A stretch of 64,000 nucleotides of DNA from Rubripirellula sp. (GCA_045110715.1 JBGCGI010000078.1:369-64368); one strand, 5' to 3'. Positions 46,820 to 58,166 are shown, counted from the first letter of the stretch. Numbers and translations: made by a program. The notes: a model not told the origin generated them from the letters alone.

Positions 46820-49024
46820 TCAGTACGTGTTGAAGTAGCTCGCGATGTCACGGGGTTTCCGCGAACTCCAAGCAGAGCTTTCTGGTCTGCTCCGTAGTTT
46901 CATTCCATGTCCACCCAATCGGCGAATCAACCCGATCGGCGTCAGGACACCAAAATAGACGATTCCAAGCGCAAGCAGGGTCAAGATCCACCGAATTGGA
47001 AAAGTAACCTGCTTGAAGACATCGTGAATCATCCTACGTGCAGAAGCGGAAGCACATCCGATCACCGCGGTCGTTGCTGCGAGGGCAAGGAACACAACGG
47101 TCGGTAGTATCGCTTGCCAACTCCAATACGCGATTGCGCCGAGCATGCAAAATGCTCCGATCAGGGAAAGTACGAATTGGCTGATCTGCCAATCGGTCAT
47201 TTCGTCCTCCTGAGCCAGCGGTTTGATCTCCGGCAGACGGGTCATGTCGACGGCCCCTTGCTCGGTCTTTTCCAAGAGCAGGTTCTCAATGACGAGCACA
47301 TCCATGTTGGTGGCCATGAAGCATCGAAAGGCGTCGACAGCCGAGCATACGATGGGTTCATCACGGACATTGAAGCTGGTGTTCACCAAGACAGGGCACT
47401 GCGTCTGGTCGGAAAATTCCGATAGCAGTAGCCGCAGCGGCAGGTTCCGATCATCAACGGTTTGGATTCGGGCAGAATGGTTCACATGCGTGATCGCCGG
47501 CAAACTGCTGCGGACATCGTTGACTCGGTCCAGGCCTGCACGCCCGGAGGCTTCGTTCGTCTGATGCTCTTTGTTGACATCGCAGACAACCAGCATGTAG
47601 GGGCTGTCGTGATCGGTATCTAATTGAAAATACTCGCTCGCGCGATCGGACAGCACGATGGGCGCGAACGGCCGAAACGACTCGCGAAACTTGATCTTCA
47701 GATTCAGGGTTGATTGCATCTGCGGATGCCGCGCATCGGCCAAGATGCTTCGATTCCCAAGTGCGCGGGGACCAAACTCCATCGCGCCGGAAGCGCGACC
47801 GACGACCTTTCCACTGGCAAGGTGGCCTGCAACCACCTTCTTGAGTTCAGTGTCGTCCAGCGTTTGGTACTCTGCCCCGCAGTTCTCAAAGACCGCAATG
47901 ATGTCTTCGGTGTCGGGAGATGGTCCCAGTAAACTGGCGGACTGTCCATCTGGCAAAGTCGGCTGGCGATGCTGCCCAAGCAATTGGTGCCAAATGAACA
48001 TCGCTACGCCGAGTGCACCACCGGCGTCTCCTGCCGCCGGTTGAATCCAGATGTTCTCGAATGGCCCTTCACGAAGCAACCTGCCATTGGCAACGCAGTT
48101 CAAAGCGACGCCGCCCGCCATGCAAAGATTCTTCATTCCGGTTTTGGCGTGCAGATGACGTGCGCTGCGCAGGACGACCTCTTCGGTCACTTTCTGAATC
48201 GATGCAGCCAGGTCCATGTCCAACTGCTCGATTGGGCTGTCTGGTTGGCGTCGTGGTCTGCCGAACAAATCATCGAAGCGTCGCGAAGTCATCGTCAATC
48301 CCTGGCAGTAGTTGAAGTACTCCAGATGCAATTGATACGAGCCGTCCTCGTAGATCGTGATCAGCTTCTCGCAAATTCGATCGACGTACTTGGGTTCGCC
48401 GTAGGGTGCCAGACCCATCAGCTTGTACTCGCCAGAGTTCACTTCGAATCCGGTGTAGTAGGTGAAGGCGGAGTACAGCAACCCAAGCGAATGTGGAAAG
48501 CGAATTTCATCGGTTAGCTCGATACGATTACCATTGCCGACCCCCATGGTCGTCGTGGCCCATTCTCCGACGCCATCCATTGTCAGCAGGGCTGCTTTGT
48601 CGAACGGGGATGGAAAGAACGCGCTGGCGGCATGCGATTGATGATGCTCGCAGAAGCAGACGCGACCGCCATACTCTCCATCGAGGCCTCGCCGAATCTC
48701 ACGTCGTAGTTGCAGTTTCTTTCCCGACCACTCGGGCATTGCTTTTCGGAACGACCAAAAACCCTCTGGCGCGAAGCTCAAGTACGTTTCCAAAAGACGA
48801 TCGAACTTCAGCAGTGGTTTCTCATAGAAGCCGACGTGATCCAAGTCCGCGGCAGTGATTCCTGCTTGCGACAAACAGAATTCGATCGCCCGACTTGGGA
48901 AACGAGCATCATGTTTCTTGCGAGTGAATCGTTCCTCTTGAGCTGCGGCAACGATCTTTCCGTCAACGATCAGGGCAGCGGCCGAATCGTGATAGAACGC
49001 GGAAATGCCCAGAATGGCCGTCAT
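46820..49024 (-). CDS. NodU/CmcH-family O-carbamoyltransferase with C-terminally fused SxtJ-like membrane domain
   Basis: ILGISAFYHDSAAAL, QEERFTR, EHHQSHAASAF, GEYKLMGLAPYG, EFGPRALGNRSIL, KFRESFRPFAP, VNTSFNVRDEPIV. The last ~125 aa are hydrophobic, with FPIRWIL...YFGVLTPIGLIRRLGG. Confidence 0.92.
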   Translation of the reverse strand: MTAILGISAFYHDSAAALIVDGKIVAAAQEERFTRKKHDARFPSRAIEFCLSQAGITAADLDHVGFYEKPLLKFDRLLETYLSFAPEGFWSFRKAMPEWSGKKLQLRREIRRGLDGEYGGRVCFCEHHQSHAASAFFPSPFDKAALLTMDGVGEWATTTMGVGNGNRIELTDEIRFPHSLGLLYSAFTYYTGFEVNSGEYKLMGLAPYGEPKYVDRICEKLITIYEDGSYQLHLEYFNYCQGLTMTSRRFDDLFGRPRRQPDSPIEQLDMDLAASIQKVTEEVVLRSARHLHAKTGMKNLCMAGGVALNCVANGRLLREGPFENIWIQPAAGDAGGALGVAMFIWHQLLGQHRQPTLPDGQSASLLGPSPDTEDIIAVFENCGAEYQTLDDTELKKVVAGHLASGKVVGRASGAMEFGPRALGNRSILADARHPQMQSTLNLKIKFRESFRPFAPIVLSDRASEYFQLDTDHDSPYMLVVCDVNKEHQTNEASGRAGLDRVNDVRSSLPAITHVNHSARIQTVDDRNLPLRLLLSEFSDQTQCPVLVNTSFNVRDEPIVCSAVDAFRCFMATNMDVLVIENLLLEKTEQGAVDMTRLPEIKPLAQEDEMTDWQISQFVLSLIGAFCMLGAIAYWSWQAILPTVVFLALAATTAVIGCASASARRMIHDVFKQVTFPIRWILTLLALGIVYFGVLTPIGLIRRLGGHGMKLRSRPESSAWSSRKPRDIASYFNTY

Positions 49025-49282
49025 CAGTGGGGAGTATCCTTCAGCCCATCGCGGACATGAGTACAGTTTTGTTCGGAGCTGACGACGCAATCGCCGTTGG
49101 CTCCGCGAATCTCAGTCGAGATAATTTCCGATAAATGCGAGGCTCCTGCGCCTCGCTTGGTCTTTGTGCGTGCCCATCTTCGTGAAAGCGACGGATTCCA
49201 GCTAGTCTAGCCGGACCGCCTTTCTGAGGCCAAACCCGACAATGGCCTGGGAAGTTGTCTTGTATCACGGTAATTTGAACAG

Positions 49283-49939
49283 ATGGCAAAATCTAAAGAT
49301 TCCTCATCCAGCGAAGCAGACGCCTACTTGGTCCAAAGGATTCGCGAGGGCGATTCGGACGCATGGCAATCTCTGATTGATCGCTACGAAGGTCGATTGA
49401 TGGCTTTCACCGATAGCCGCATTCGCAATCGCGCGACCAGTGAGGATATTGTTCAAGATGCCTTCGTTGGATTCTTGATCAGCCTGCCGAACTACGATGG
49501 TGGCCGTCCACTTGAGAGCTATCTGTTCTCGATTTGTGCCTACAAGCTGACCGACCATCTCAGGCGAGAAGGACGCAGGCCGTCGATTCAGATGCATCGC
49601 CGTGGCAGCAGCGGCAGCGGGCAAATGGATCCGTCCGGTGGCGAACGTGTTGCCAGTTCGATCGCGCGCAGCGTGGAACGCAAAGAGATCGAAGAGACGG
49701 CTGTCCGAGATGCCATTTCGGAACAAGTCACGCGATGGAAGAGCGGTGAAGGTTGGGTCAAACTGAAGGCAATCGAATTGCTGTTTGTGCGAGGCCTGGG
49801 CAACAAAGATGTTGCCTCGAAACTGGCGCTTACCGAACAACAGGTCGCTAACTACAAAAGCGATTTCCAAATTCGGCTGCGGTCCATCGTCAAGCGAATG
49901 AGCCTGGACGAAGGGGTATTCCCAGAACTCGCAGAGTGA
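49283..49939 (+). CDS. ECF-type RNA polymerase sigma factor
   Basis: AWQSLIDRY, EDIVQDAFVGF, YLFSICAYKLTDHLRR, region 4 KDVASKLALTEQQVANYK. Confidence 0.88.
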   Translation: MAKSKDSSSSEADAYLVQRIREGDSDAWQSLIDRYEGRLMAFTDSRIRNRATSEDIVQDAFVGFLISLPNYDGGRPLESYLFSICAYKLTDHLRREGRRPSIQMHRRGSSGSGQMDPSGGERVASSIARSVERKEIEETAVRDAISEQVTRWKSGEGWVKLKAIELLFVRGLGNKDVASKLALTEQQVANYKSDFQIRLRSIVKRMSLDEGVFPELAE

Positions 49940-49957
49940 GCGACGAGCCGACCGCGA

Positions 49958-51241
49958 TCAGCTGAGCCCCTCCATCGTTCCGGTGCTTGTCGCAAACCGA
50001 TCCACTTCCATGCCAACTTTCTGAAGCACAGAGACGTAAAGGTTTGGAAGCGGATAGTTGTTGCCGCGATCGAACGCGAGGTGTTGGCCATGGTTGAATC
50101 CACCACCTGCAAACAACACCGGCATGTTGCGATTGTCATGGTTGGAGGCGTTGCCCAAGTTGCTGGTCAGCAACACAGAAGTGTGATCGAGCAGCGATCC
50201 CGACGATTCCTCCGATGCCTGCAATTGGCCAATGAATTGTCCCCAGTGGCGAATCAATTCGGTTTCGACGAGCGCTAACTGTTCCAGTTTGGTTTCATCT
50301 CGTCCGTGATGGCTGAGGTTGTGATACCCTTGGTCAACACCTTCGATTGGAATCACACCGCCCGCACCAGGGATGTGCAATGTGATGAACCGCGATGAGT
50401 CGGTTTGCAGAGCCAGTTTGATGACATCGCACATGGTCTTCTGTCGACCGATCACGTCGCTAGGATCATTGATGTCGATGGGTGCTTTCTCACTGACTTT
50501 TGGCTTGGGGCGCTTGGCCCACTTTTCCGACTCGGCCATCCGTTTTTCTAGATCACGAACGCTTGTGAAGTAGGCGTCCAGGCGATCGCGGTCTCCCGCC
50601 CCCAAGTCACGCTGAAGCGATTTTGCGTCTTCTGCAACCAAGTCCATGATGCTGCGTCCCTGCCGCACTCGACCTGCTTGTCGCTCACGCTCTTGTCGCG
50701 AGTCATTGACGAACAACTTGGTGAATAGCTGCGACGGACTATCCAGCGGAGGAATCATGGATCCGTTTTCGGTGTAACAGGGACTGGTGCTTCCCCCGGT
50801 ACTTAGAACGAGCGATGGAAATCGCGTGGCATCGCCAAGATGTTTCGCCATCAATTGGTCGACAGAAATGGTGTTCCGTGCTCGACCCGAGGTGCCCATC
50901 GGCGAGGCCGTCAGAATACTTGCTTCGGCTCGATGGCCGCCTTTCACGCCTGGGTGAGAGACTCCCGAGATGACGGTGACTTGATCACGCACATCATCGA
51001 GTGCGGACATGTAGCGAGATGGCTTGTAGTCGTGGCCGGCGTCGCTTGGAAACAGATTGTCGCTGACCAATCCAAGCCCCAACGTCATCGCGATAAATCG
51101 CTGCGGCGATTCCGTCTGACTTTCTTGAGCAAAGGCGGGACGCATCGCGGTCAGCCAAGGCAAGCTTAGCGAGACACCCGTACCACGGATTACCGTGCGA
51201 CGATCCAACATCCGGCGAAAGTTAAAGTAGCTTTGGTTCAT
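49958..51241 (-). CDS. DUF1552 domain-containing protein
   Basis: [70 protein letters not shown]. Confidence 0.93.
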   Translation of the reverse strand: MNQSYFNFRRMLDRRTVIRGTGVSLSLPWLTAMRPAFAQESQTESPQRFIAMTLGLGLVSDNLFPSDAGHDYKPSRYMSALDDVRDQVTVISGVSHPGVKGGHRAEASILTASPMGTSGRARNTISVDQLMAKHLGDATRFPSLVLSTGGSTSPCYTENGSMIPPLDSPSQLFTKLFVNDSRQERERQAGRVRQGRSIMDLVAEDAKSLQRDLGAGDRDRLDAYFTSVRDLEKRMAESEKWAKRPKPKVSEKAPIDINDPSDVIGRQKTMCDVIKLALQTDSSRFITLHIPGAGGVIPIEGVDQGYHNLSHHGRDETKLEQLALVETELIRHWGQFIGQLQASEESSGSLLDHTSVLLTSNLGNASNHDNRNMPVLFAGGGFNHGQHLAFDRGNNYPLPNLYVSVLQKVGMEVDRFATSTGTMEGLS

Positions 51242-51257
51242 GATGAAGTACGTGAGT

Positions 51258-53639
51258 TTACTTGGTCAAGAAAATGGTGCTTTTGACGACTGCATGGACG
51301 AGTGATCGCAGACCATGCTGGTTGTCTGCCGTTTGATCAACAATCTCTTCGACGACGGCTCGATCGGCAAACGAGATCGGAGCCCCTGTACCATAAACGA
51401 TTAGCTTCTCGGCAAAGTTACGAGCGATCGGCCTCGGATTCATCGCCAACATCTGGCGAAACTCACCGAAATCGGCAAACTCTCGGCCATCAGCGAACGC
51501 AAAGCTAGAGTTGATGGGCGATCCCGTCTTCACACGCCCTTTCTCCACTTTTAGATAGTTGTCACGCCACTGACCAGCCGCATCGAAATTTTCGAGCGCG
51601 TAGCCTGGCGGATCAATGTTCCGGTGACAGACAGCACATTCAGCGTGGGAGAGATGCTTCTCAAGTTGTTCTCGGATCGTTTTGGCACCACGAATGTCTG
51701 GTTCGACTGCAGGCACGCTTTCTGGTGGCGGCGGGATGGGCGTGCCCAAAATTCGCTCCGACACCCAGACTCCGCGGAGAACCGGCGATGTGTTGGTGCC
51801 GTTGGCGGTGACCTTCAAAATGGAACCTTGAGCCAGCAAGCCGCCGCGATGGGAGTCCGCAGGCAATGAGACTCGTTCTGTCTTTCCGCTTTCGACGGGC
51901 TCTAAGTCGTAGTAGCGCGCTAGCCGACTGTTCAGGAAGGTGTAGTCAGCAAGGACAAGGTTTGAAACACTAAGGTCGTTGTGCAGCAGCGACTGCAGAA
52001 AACGATGCGTTTCCGCAAGCATTGAGTCTTGCACCACGATGTCGAAATCTCGATACAGCTTCCGATCGGGCTCGGTGAAGTCGATGTCCACCAAGTCCAA
52101 CCACTCGGCAGAGAAGTCTTTCACGAACTGTCGAAGGTGGTTGTCCTTGAGCAGTCGCTCGACTTGCTCGTGGAGTACTTGCGGATCGCGGAGTTGGCCT
52201 TGGCGAGCTAGTTTGGCTAGCTGATGATCGGGCATGCTGCCGGTAAATAGGTAGCTCAGTCTCGATGCAATTGCGTGGTCATCAAGTGGACCTGCTGGTT
52301 CGACAAGGTACAAAAAGCGAGGCGAGCACAAGACTGCTCGATAGCTCGATCGCAGAGCTTCAAGCGGATCGACTCCGGACTCAATCTCACCGTGCAATAA
52401 TTGTAGGTAGGGACGCAACTGCTGTTCGGTGACTGGCCGTCGGAACGCACGGCGAGTGAAAGCTCGAAGTTGCTTCGCTGCGTCTTGCGCAGGCTGATCG
52501 CTGATCGACTGAACGCTCCGCTTGCGATCAAATTTGACCTGCATGTCACCCAGCAAGCGTTTCTTGACGAGGCTGATGTCACCGCCAGGATGAAATTGCT
52601 CGACTTGCATTTTGTGCAAAGCCAGTCCCGGGACTTTTTGAGGAGCTCCTTCACCAGCACCGACTTGCCCGCCCTGAAACCTCGCGCGTTTCAACGTCGC
52701 GTCGGCAGGACGAATCTCGAGCATGTGTCCCTCGGGTAGCCATGCTTCAAACGTGTGTTCCGTTGGCTTGTCTGTCGCTTCGAATGATCCGATCCAAGAC
52801 AGCAAGGGCGCGCCGGACGTGCACCGACCGCTGCGCACCGTACACCAAACGCCATGATCCTTTGGTTGGTTTTTTGCCGAGGCAGTAAAGGTGACGCGGT
52901 ACCAGCCACTTCGCTCAACGGTGGACGACGTGATCCTTCCGTAGAAGATCATCGTTGAGTTCCAAACAACGGCTTGACCACCAAGCATTTCGGGGTCACG
53001 GCAACGTCGGTTCGGATTCTGCCTGGCGATCTGGCGAGCGTTATAGGGCTTGCGCCATGGTTCGGCTGGCTTCTCTCGCAATCGAGCAAACGCCGCATCC
53101 AAACCTGCGTCGATGACCGTTAAGTGCGACGCTAACTGAAAGTGGGACATCGGTTGTCCCTCAGCGATGTTGGTGAACCCATCTGTGCGCTGTTCCTCGG
53201 GCATCAACGTCGCGAGCGGAACATCGATTGCGAGTAGATCATGCAGGGTTCGCTCGAGTTGTTGGTTTGTCAATCGTCGCGAGCGGACTCGTCCGAGCTT
53301 CTGATGTTCGGCGCGTTGAGTTTCGATCAGCCAACTCGAAGTCGACTCCAGGAAGACCGCCGCATCGTTCGGATCTAATTCGCCGGCATCCTCGGGTGGC
53401 ATCTCGCCACTGTCGACGCGATCGAATATTCGCGTCCATTGATCCATCAACCTCGGGTTGGCTAAGTCCACGCTGAGGTCTTCAAGATCCAAGCCACCAT
53501 CGGCATCGGGGCCGGTGTGGCAGTCGACACAGTTGTCACGCAAAAATTGCTGGATCTTGGGCGAAGGCGGCGATGCTTGTAGGGCAACAGCAAGCACCAT
53601 CAAAGGCAACAAAACGAAGCTACGAAGGTAGATCGACAT
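51258..53639 (-). CDS. DUF1592 domain protein (planctomycete cytochrome-like and PSD domains)
   Basis: CVDCH heme motif, [43 protein letters not shown]. Classic partner of DUF1552. Confidence 0.92.
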   Translation of the reverse strand: MSIYLRSFVLLPLMVLAVALQASPPSPKIQQFLRDNCVDCHTGPDADGGLDLEDLSVDLANPRLMDQWTRIFDRVDSGEMPPEDAGELDPNDAAVFLESTSSWLIETQRAEHQKLGRVRSRRLTNQQLERTLHDLLAIDVPLATLMPEEQRTDGFTNIAEGQPMSHFQLASHLTVIDAGLDAAFARLREKPAEPWRKPYNARQIARQNPNRRCRDPEMLGGQAVVWNSTMIFYGRITSSTVERSGWYRVTFTASAKNQPKDHGVWCTVRSGRCTSGAPLLSWIGSFEATDKPTEHTFEAWLPEGHMLEIRPADATLKRARFQGGQVGAGEGAPQKVPGLALHKMQVEQFHPGGDISLVKKRLLGDMQVKFDRKRSVQSISDQPAQDAAKQLRAFTRRAFRRPVTEQQLRPYLQLLHGEIESGVDPLEALRSSYRAVLCSPRFLYLVEPAGPLDDHAIASRLSYLFTGSMPDHQLAKLARQGQLRDPQVLHEQVERLLKDNHLRQFVKDFSAEWLDLVDIDFTEPDRKLYRDFDIVVQDSMLAETHRFLQSLLHNDLSVSNLVLADYTFLNSRLARYYDLEPVESGKTERVSLPADSHRGGLLAQGSILKVTANGTNTSPVLRGVWVSERILGTPIPPPPESVPAVEPDIRGAKTIREQLEKHLSHAECAVCHRNIDPPGYALENFDAAGQWRDNYLKVEKGRVKTGSPINSSFAFADGREFADFGEFRQMLAMNPRPIARNFAEKLIVYGTGAPISFADRAVVEEIVDQTADNQHGLRSLVHAVVKSTIFLTK

Positions 53640-53753
53640 GGAAGGTGTCGTTCCATAGGAGGCGGGCACGGCTCCGAAGGAAAGCGAAGCCGCGTGTGTC
53701 AGATCAGTTTCCATCATAAACCGGCCGGACGGAATCAGGGAGGCGAAATTGCC

Positions 53754-55346
53754 TTAGCGTTCGTCTTCCAGAGCCATGGCCGTTTGACGCAGATTGGTTT
53801 GAGTCCAGATCTGCTTCAGTTGGTGGAGTTTTTCCGGGTTGGACTTCGCCAGATTGGAGGTCTCGGTGCGATCGATGCTGATCTGATAGAGCTCCCAGTC
53901 GCCTTCTTTGCCTGCGGCGCTGATCTTCCAATTTCCCTGCCGCAGGGCGCGATTGCCCTCGTGGGACCACCAGAGGCTGCGATCGGAGTTTGGCTGTTCG
54001 TTGGCGTCGAAGAACTTGGTCAGGCTGGATCCGGGTCGCTGATGTTCCTCCTTGGTTACTTCGACACCAGCGACCTCCAGTAGGGTCGGCCAAAGATCAA
54101 TCACGTGTGCCGGTTGATGTCGGAGCTCGCCGCGCGTTTGAATTCCTGTTGGCCAATGAACGACCAATGGAGTCGCAGTACCACCTTCATGCGTCCAGGT
54201 CTTGTGATATCGAAATGGTGTATTGCACGTTGTCGACCAGCCTGGCCCCAAGCAAAGGTGACTCGCCCACGACCCCATCGGGGCCTGCGGATCATGATCG
54301 TCACCGCGGACCATGATTTCGGCGCTGGCTCCATTGTCAGATAGAAAAAGGATCATTGTATTGTCGAACTGTCCCATCTCGCGAATCTGTTCCATCACGC
54401 GTCCGATTTGTCGATCCATGCAGTCGATCATCCCGGCATGGATGGCCATCTTCGTCGATTGAAAAAGTTTCTGTTCTGCGGTCAACGAATCCCACGGCAA
54501 CGGTCGATTGACCTCGCCACTGCCGAGCTTGTCGATGGAGTCTGGGAAGTCGTAGGGTGGACCGACTTCAGGCATCACTTCCGACAATTGAGCGTTGACC
54601 AAATTCATTTCTTGAATTCGTTTCCAACGCTTCTGGCGAATCGATTCCCATCCTGCTCGATAAACTTCCCGATACTTGTCGATGTCCGCCGGCAACGCAT
54701 GGAGGGGAAAGTGCGGGGCTGAAAAGGCTAGGTAGTGAAAGAATGGTTTGTCGCTGTGTGACTTGGCGTGTTCCTGCAAGCACTCGACGGCATGATCTCC
54801 GAGCGCGATGGTGGCATAGAAATCAGTGCCCTTGGGCACCGGAGGAAGTTGGACATCGTCCTTCCAGTGCAGGGTCGGATTGAAGAAGCGATGCTGGTCT
54901 TTCAAGTAGTAAGAGTGATCGAAGCCACTCGCAATGGGCATGTCGTCCAAATGCCACTTGCCAGTGTGATAGGTACGGTAGCCTGCTTGCTTGAGCGGTT
55001 TGCAAACCAAGGGGGCCCAAGCAGGACGTTTGCCTCGATTGCCACTGGCGACACCCGGGACCGAGTCGCGTCGAACTCCATGGGGATAGAAGCCCGTCAA
55101 TAGCGAAGCCCGCGTCGGCCAGCATCGGCCTGTGTTATAGAACTGAGTGAAACGCAGACCCTTTTCGGCCAGGGCATCTAAATTGGGTGTCATGATCTCG
55201 CTGCCGTAGCAGCCCAAATCGGAGTATCCCAAGTCGTCTGCCATGATCAGCAACACGTTGGGTTGATCCGCTTCCGTCCTTGAGCATGAAGCCGTGGTGA
55301 ACAAGACGATCAAGCACAACAGGATTCGAGTGGATGGATTCAGCAT
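53754..55346 (-). CDS. Arylsulfatase (Cys-type)
   Basis: PNVLLIMADDLGYSD, CWPTRASLLTG, GKWHL, SDNG, HEGGTATP. Confidence 0.95.
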   Translation of the reverse strand: MLNPSTRILLCLIVLFTTASCSRTEADQPNVLLIMADDLGYSDLGCYGSEIMTPNLDALAEKGLRFTQFYNTGRCWPTRASLLTGFYPHGVRRDSVPGVASGNRGKRPAWAPLVCKPLKQAGYRTYHTGKWHLDDMPIASGFDHSYYLKDQHRFFNPTLHWKDDVQLPPVPKGTDFYATIALGDHAVECLQEHAKSHSDKPFFHYLAFSAPHFPLHALPADIDKYREVYRAGWESIRQKRWKRIQEMNLVNAQLSEVMPEVGPPYDFPDSIDKLGSGEVNRPLPWDSLTAEQKLFQSTKMAIHAGMIDCMDRQIGRVMEQIREMGQFDNTMILFLSDNGASAEIMVRGDDHDPQAPMGSWASHLCLGPGWSTTCNTPFRYHKTWTHEGGTATPLVVHWPTGIQTRGELRHQPAHVIDLWPTLLEVAGVEVTKEEHQRPGSSLTKFFDANEQPNSDRSLWWSHEGNRALRQGNWKISAAGKEGDWELYQISIDRTETSNLAKSNPEKLHQLKQIWTQTNLRQTAMALEDER

Positions 55347-55554
55347 GTCGCTGGAGACTCCTGAGATAACACGGCAGCGAAACTAGAACGTCGGGCGGGA
55401 TTCTCGTTCCCGCATCGGCCGTCGTCAAATCGCATTCAATACGAATCGGGCAAATGAGCCGTTTTTCGTTCGTTTCGACCGCGCTTTGGGCTGCCGTTCC
55501 ATGTCCGCTCGAACGCTGGCCTCGCTCCGTTACGCTCTTGATATCGAATCGCTT

Positions 55555-56511
55555 CTACCTGGAAGCGGCGCGATTGAGACGATCCATGATGGCGCGGCCG
55601 AGTCCGACTTCGGGAACTGGACGAGCGATGATGCAGTCCAGGCCAAACGCGTCGAGACGCCGCATGGCGGCAAACAGATTGACTGCAGCTTCGCGAAGAC
55701 AGCCTTCCTGCGAGAGAATTTCGATTGCGGCGAATCCGTCAGATGACTCAGGCGTTTGCAGAGTCAGTAAGCCGAAACGCATCTGGCTGTCTTGGGGATT
55801 GCGATCTGCTGAAAGAACGAGCGGTGTCGCGGGAGCGTAGTGACTGGACAACTGACCGGGTGAGGTGGGACGCGCTGATTGCTGTTGATGGATTTCGATG
55901 GGGCCGATGGCTTCCTCGAGTTCTTCCAGAGTGACACCTCCGGGACGCAGCAACGTGGGACGCGCATCGGGAGTTTCTACGAAGGAAATCACGGTGGACT
56001 CTACCCCGATCTGGCATGGTCCGCCGTCAAGCACGACGGGCGTGTGGTCACCGAATTGTTCATGGACGTGGGCGGCAGTCGTTGGGCTGACCATGCCAAA
56101 CCGGTTGGCACTCGGCGCGGATAAGGGAACGCCTGCCGATCGGATCAACGCGCGAGCAACATCATGAGCTGGGCATCGGACGGCAACGCTGGTGAGTCCC
56201 GCGGTGACAATGTCAGGCACACACGATTGCTTTTCTAAGACGAGCGATAGCGGGCCCGGCCAGAATCGCTTGATCAATTCCGTTGCCAACGTCGGAACCG
56301 ACTTTGTTAAATCGGTCAACTGATCCGGATCCGCGATGTGTGCGATCAGTGGATCGAACCGAGGCCTACCCTTGAGCTCGAAGATCCTTGCGACCGCATC
56401 GGCAGCCAAGGCATTCGCTCCCAAGCCGTAAACGGTTTCGGTTGGAAACGCGACCAAGCCACCCTGGCGGATCGTGTCAGCGGCGGCATCGATGTCTTGT
56501 TGTGTCACCAT
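55555..56511 (-). CDS. sua5: L-threonylcarbamoyladenylate synthase (Sua5-type, with SUA5 C-terminal domain)
   Basis: VAFPTETVYGLGA, KGRP..DPLIAH, FWPGPL, APSANR, GVESTV, PGQL.SHYAP, RLNRAA. Confidence 0.96.
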   Translation of the reverse strand: MVTQQDIDAAADTIRQGGLVAFPTETVYGLGANALAADAVARIFELKGRPRFDPLIAHIADPDQLTDLTKSVPTLATELIKRFWPGPLSLVLEKQSCVPDIVTAGLTSVAVRCPAHDVARALIRSAGVPLSAPSANRFGMVSPTTAAHVHEQFGDHTPVVLDGGPCQIGVESTVISFVETPDARPTLLRPGGVTLEELEEAIGPIEIHQQQSARPTSPGQLSSHYAPATPLVLSADRNPQDSQMRFGLLTLQTPESSDGFAAIEILSQEGCLREAAVNLFAAMRRLDAFGLDCIIARPVPEVGLGRAIMDRLNRAASR

Positions 56512-56656
56512 GCAGTCTGGACTCTTATCGGATGAGCTGGAACCAATTGCATGGATCGCCGATGATTTCCGGATCGAATGACCTCAGTCATGGGTCGGCA
56601 TTTGTGCTTGTTCTGGTTCGTGAAACCAGTCCTGCAGAGAATGCCCCGTTGAGGCT

Positions 56657-56710
56657 GGTCACGATGTTACAGAAGGTCACGCTCGTCGAGAAGGTCACGC
56701 TGGAGGCCCT
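56657..56710. repeat. Three 18-bp-period direct repeats starting GGTCACG
   Basis: GGTCACG at 56657, 56675 and 56693. AGAAGGTCACGCT occurs twice exactly. Confidence 0.6.
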
Positions 56711-56819
56711 GGTATCGATCTAGTCCAGACCCGGTCGTCTCCACGGGGGAAGAGGGAGGCGATCAAGGGCGGTCCGTGCGGAATTGCCAGCGAGACAGCC
56801 TTTTTGGGCGCATGTCCGT

Positions 56820-57752
56820 TCAATACTCCTGCGGTGCTAGTGATGCACGCATCTTCGAGAGACTGCGACGAAACAACTGTATTGTTCGGGTCGTGCTCAA
56901 CCCGATATCCTTGGCGATCACATGAAAAGCGACGCCATCTTGTTTCCGATTGATGCCGAAGCGAGCCATCACGATTCTTCTTTCACGCTCATCGAGCTTG
57001 TTCATCAAGTCGATCACCTGACAGCGCGCCTCAAGGGCTCTCAGTTCGGCAAAGTCACTCTCACCTGCATCCGCAACCGCTGACTCGGTTGCTTCATTCC
57101 CACAGGAGATGAACCTGTTCTTGAAGCGACGTTCCTTGCGGTAGGCACCGAAGATCGCAGACTGGACGGCTTGGTACGCGTAGGTGCTGAATCGTACGGG
57201 GCGACGGAAATCGAACAGGTCAACCGCGCGCGGCAGAGACGCGTTGCCGATGCACACAATTTCGTCGAATTCATTCGAGCCAGCACTCGCGTACTTCTTC
57301 GCGAGTGAAATGACAAGTCGCAGGTTTGCTTCGACGATCTGATTTCTTACTTGAACGGATTGCCGATCGAAGCGTTTTCGGTCGTCCAACATCTCAGTGC
57401 ATCCGATGTCAGAACGCGCGAGACGATCGGCATGTGCCGATAGGTACTTCAGAAAGTTCAACTTTCGAAAGCAATGCTGCTCTTGCTCGGCATTGAGTAG
57501 CGGGACGTTCCACAAAGCCGCCCAGTATGCTGGTACGGCCTGTGGTAAGCGTTGCTTTCTTGCTGCGCCGGTCGGCATCGGTCCAAGCAACTCAGCCGAT
57601 GCGTTCTTATCTCTAAAAACGGGAACGAAGAAGTAGTCCGGAGATTCCATCTCTCCGTCGCTAGAAATGTTTGGCTTCCATTGTGTAGAAGGAGTCATTG
57701 TTTTCCTCGGGGATGGCATCCTCGCTTCGGAGAGTTCCCCGAAGCGTTTCAT
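56820..57752 (-). CDS. Sigma-70 family RNA polymerase sigma factor (atypical, short)
   Basis: PLLNAEQE (region 1.2-like), IVEANLRLVISLAKKY, RFSTYA (region 2), LDERERRIVMARFG (region 4). The start may be 57719. Confidence 0.87.
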   Translation of the reverse strand: MKRFGELSEARMPSPRKTMTPSTQWKPNISSDGEMESPDYFFVPVFRDKNASAELLGPMPTGAARKQRLPQAVPAYWAALWNVPLLNAEQEQHCFRKLNFLKYLSAHADRLARSDIGCTEMLDDRKRFDRQSVQVRNQIVEANLRLVISLAKKYASAGSNEFDEIVCIGNASLPRAVDLFDFRRPVRFSTYAYQAVQSAIFGAYRKERRFKNRFISCGNEATESAVADAGESDFAELRALEARCQVIDLMNKLDERERRIVMARFGINRKQDGVAFHVIAKDIGLSTTRTIQLFRRSLSKMRASLAPQEY

Positions 57753-57812
57753 CCAGAGTTGCTTGGTGTCAGATGCACGAGAATCAATGCGACTTCAAGT
57801 GCTGTCTCGACG

Positions 57813-58166
57813 CTAAAGGCTGACAACGGAATCGTCGTAGAAGATGGGGCGAATACGTTCGAAGGACTGCGTCTTTTCGATTGCTCTTGAAACGGCTCGA
57901 CCGGCGCGTTCTGCGATCCGCGAGATGGCCTTGGCCATGTCAACGTCTTTGTGCCGGACGATGACATCTCTTGCTTGGTTTAAGGCGACGGTGATTCGAC
58001 AGGCCTTGTCGATTCCGCCTCGAGGGCCGTTCTCGTCGCTGACGACAAGGTCAACTCGAGTGATTCGATCATCGAATCTTGACAAAGCAAAAAGCAATCG
58101 ACGTTCGGCCAATTGACGTAATTCATCGGTCAAAAGACCACTGCGATCAGTAATAGATGGGGTCAC
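57813..58166 (-). CDS. HPF/RaiA family ribosome-associated protein
   Basis: ERRLLFALSRFDDRITRVDLVVSDENGPRGGIDKACRI. GTG start. Confidence 0.88.
   Translation of the reverse strand: MTPSITDRSGLLTDELRQLAERRLLFALSRFDDRITRVDLVVSDENGPRGGIDKACRITVALNQARDVIVRHKDVDMAKAISRIAERAGRAVSRAIEKTQSFERIRPIFYDDSVVSL

Noticed and set aside
46601-49024. Saxitoxin biosynthesis cluster
   Set aside because: Only the widespread sxtI/J/K-like triad is present. There is no sxtA, sxtG or other pathway gene in the window.
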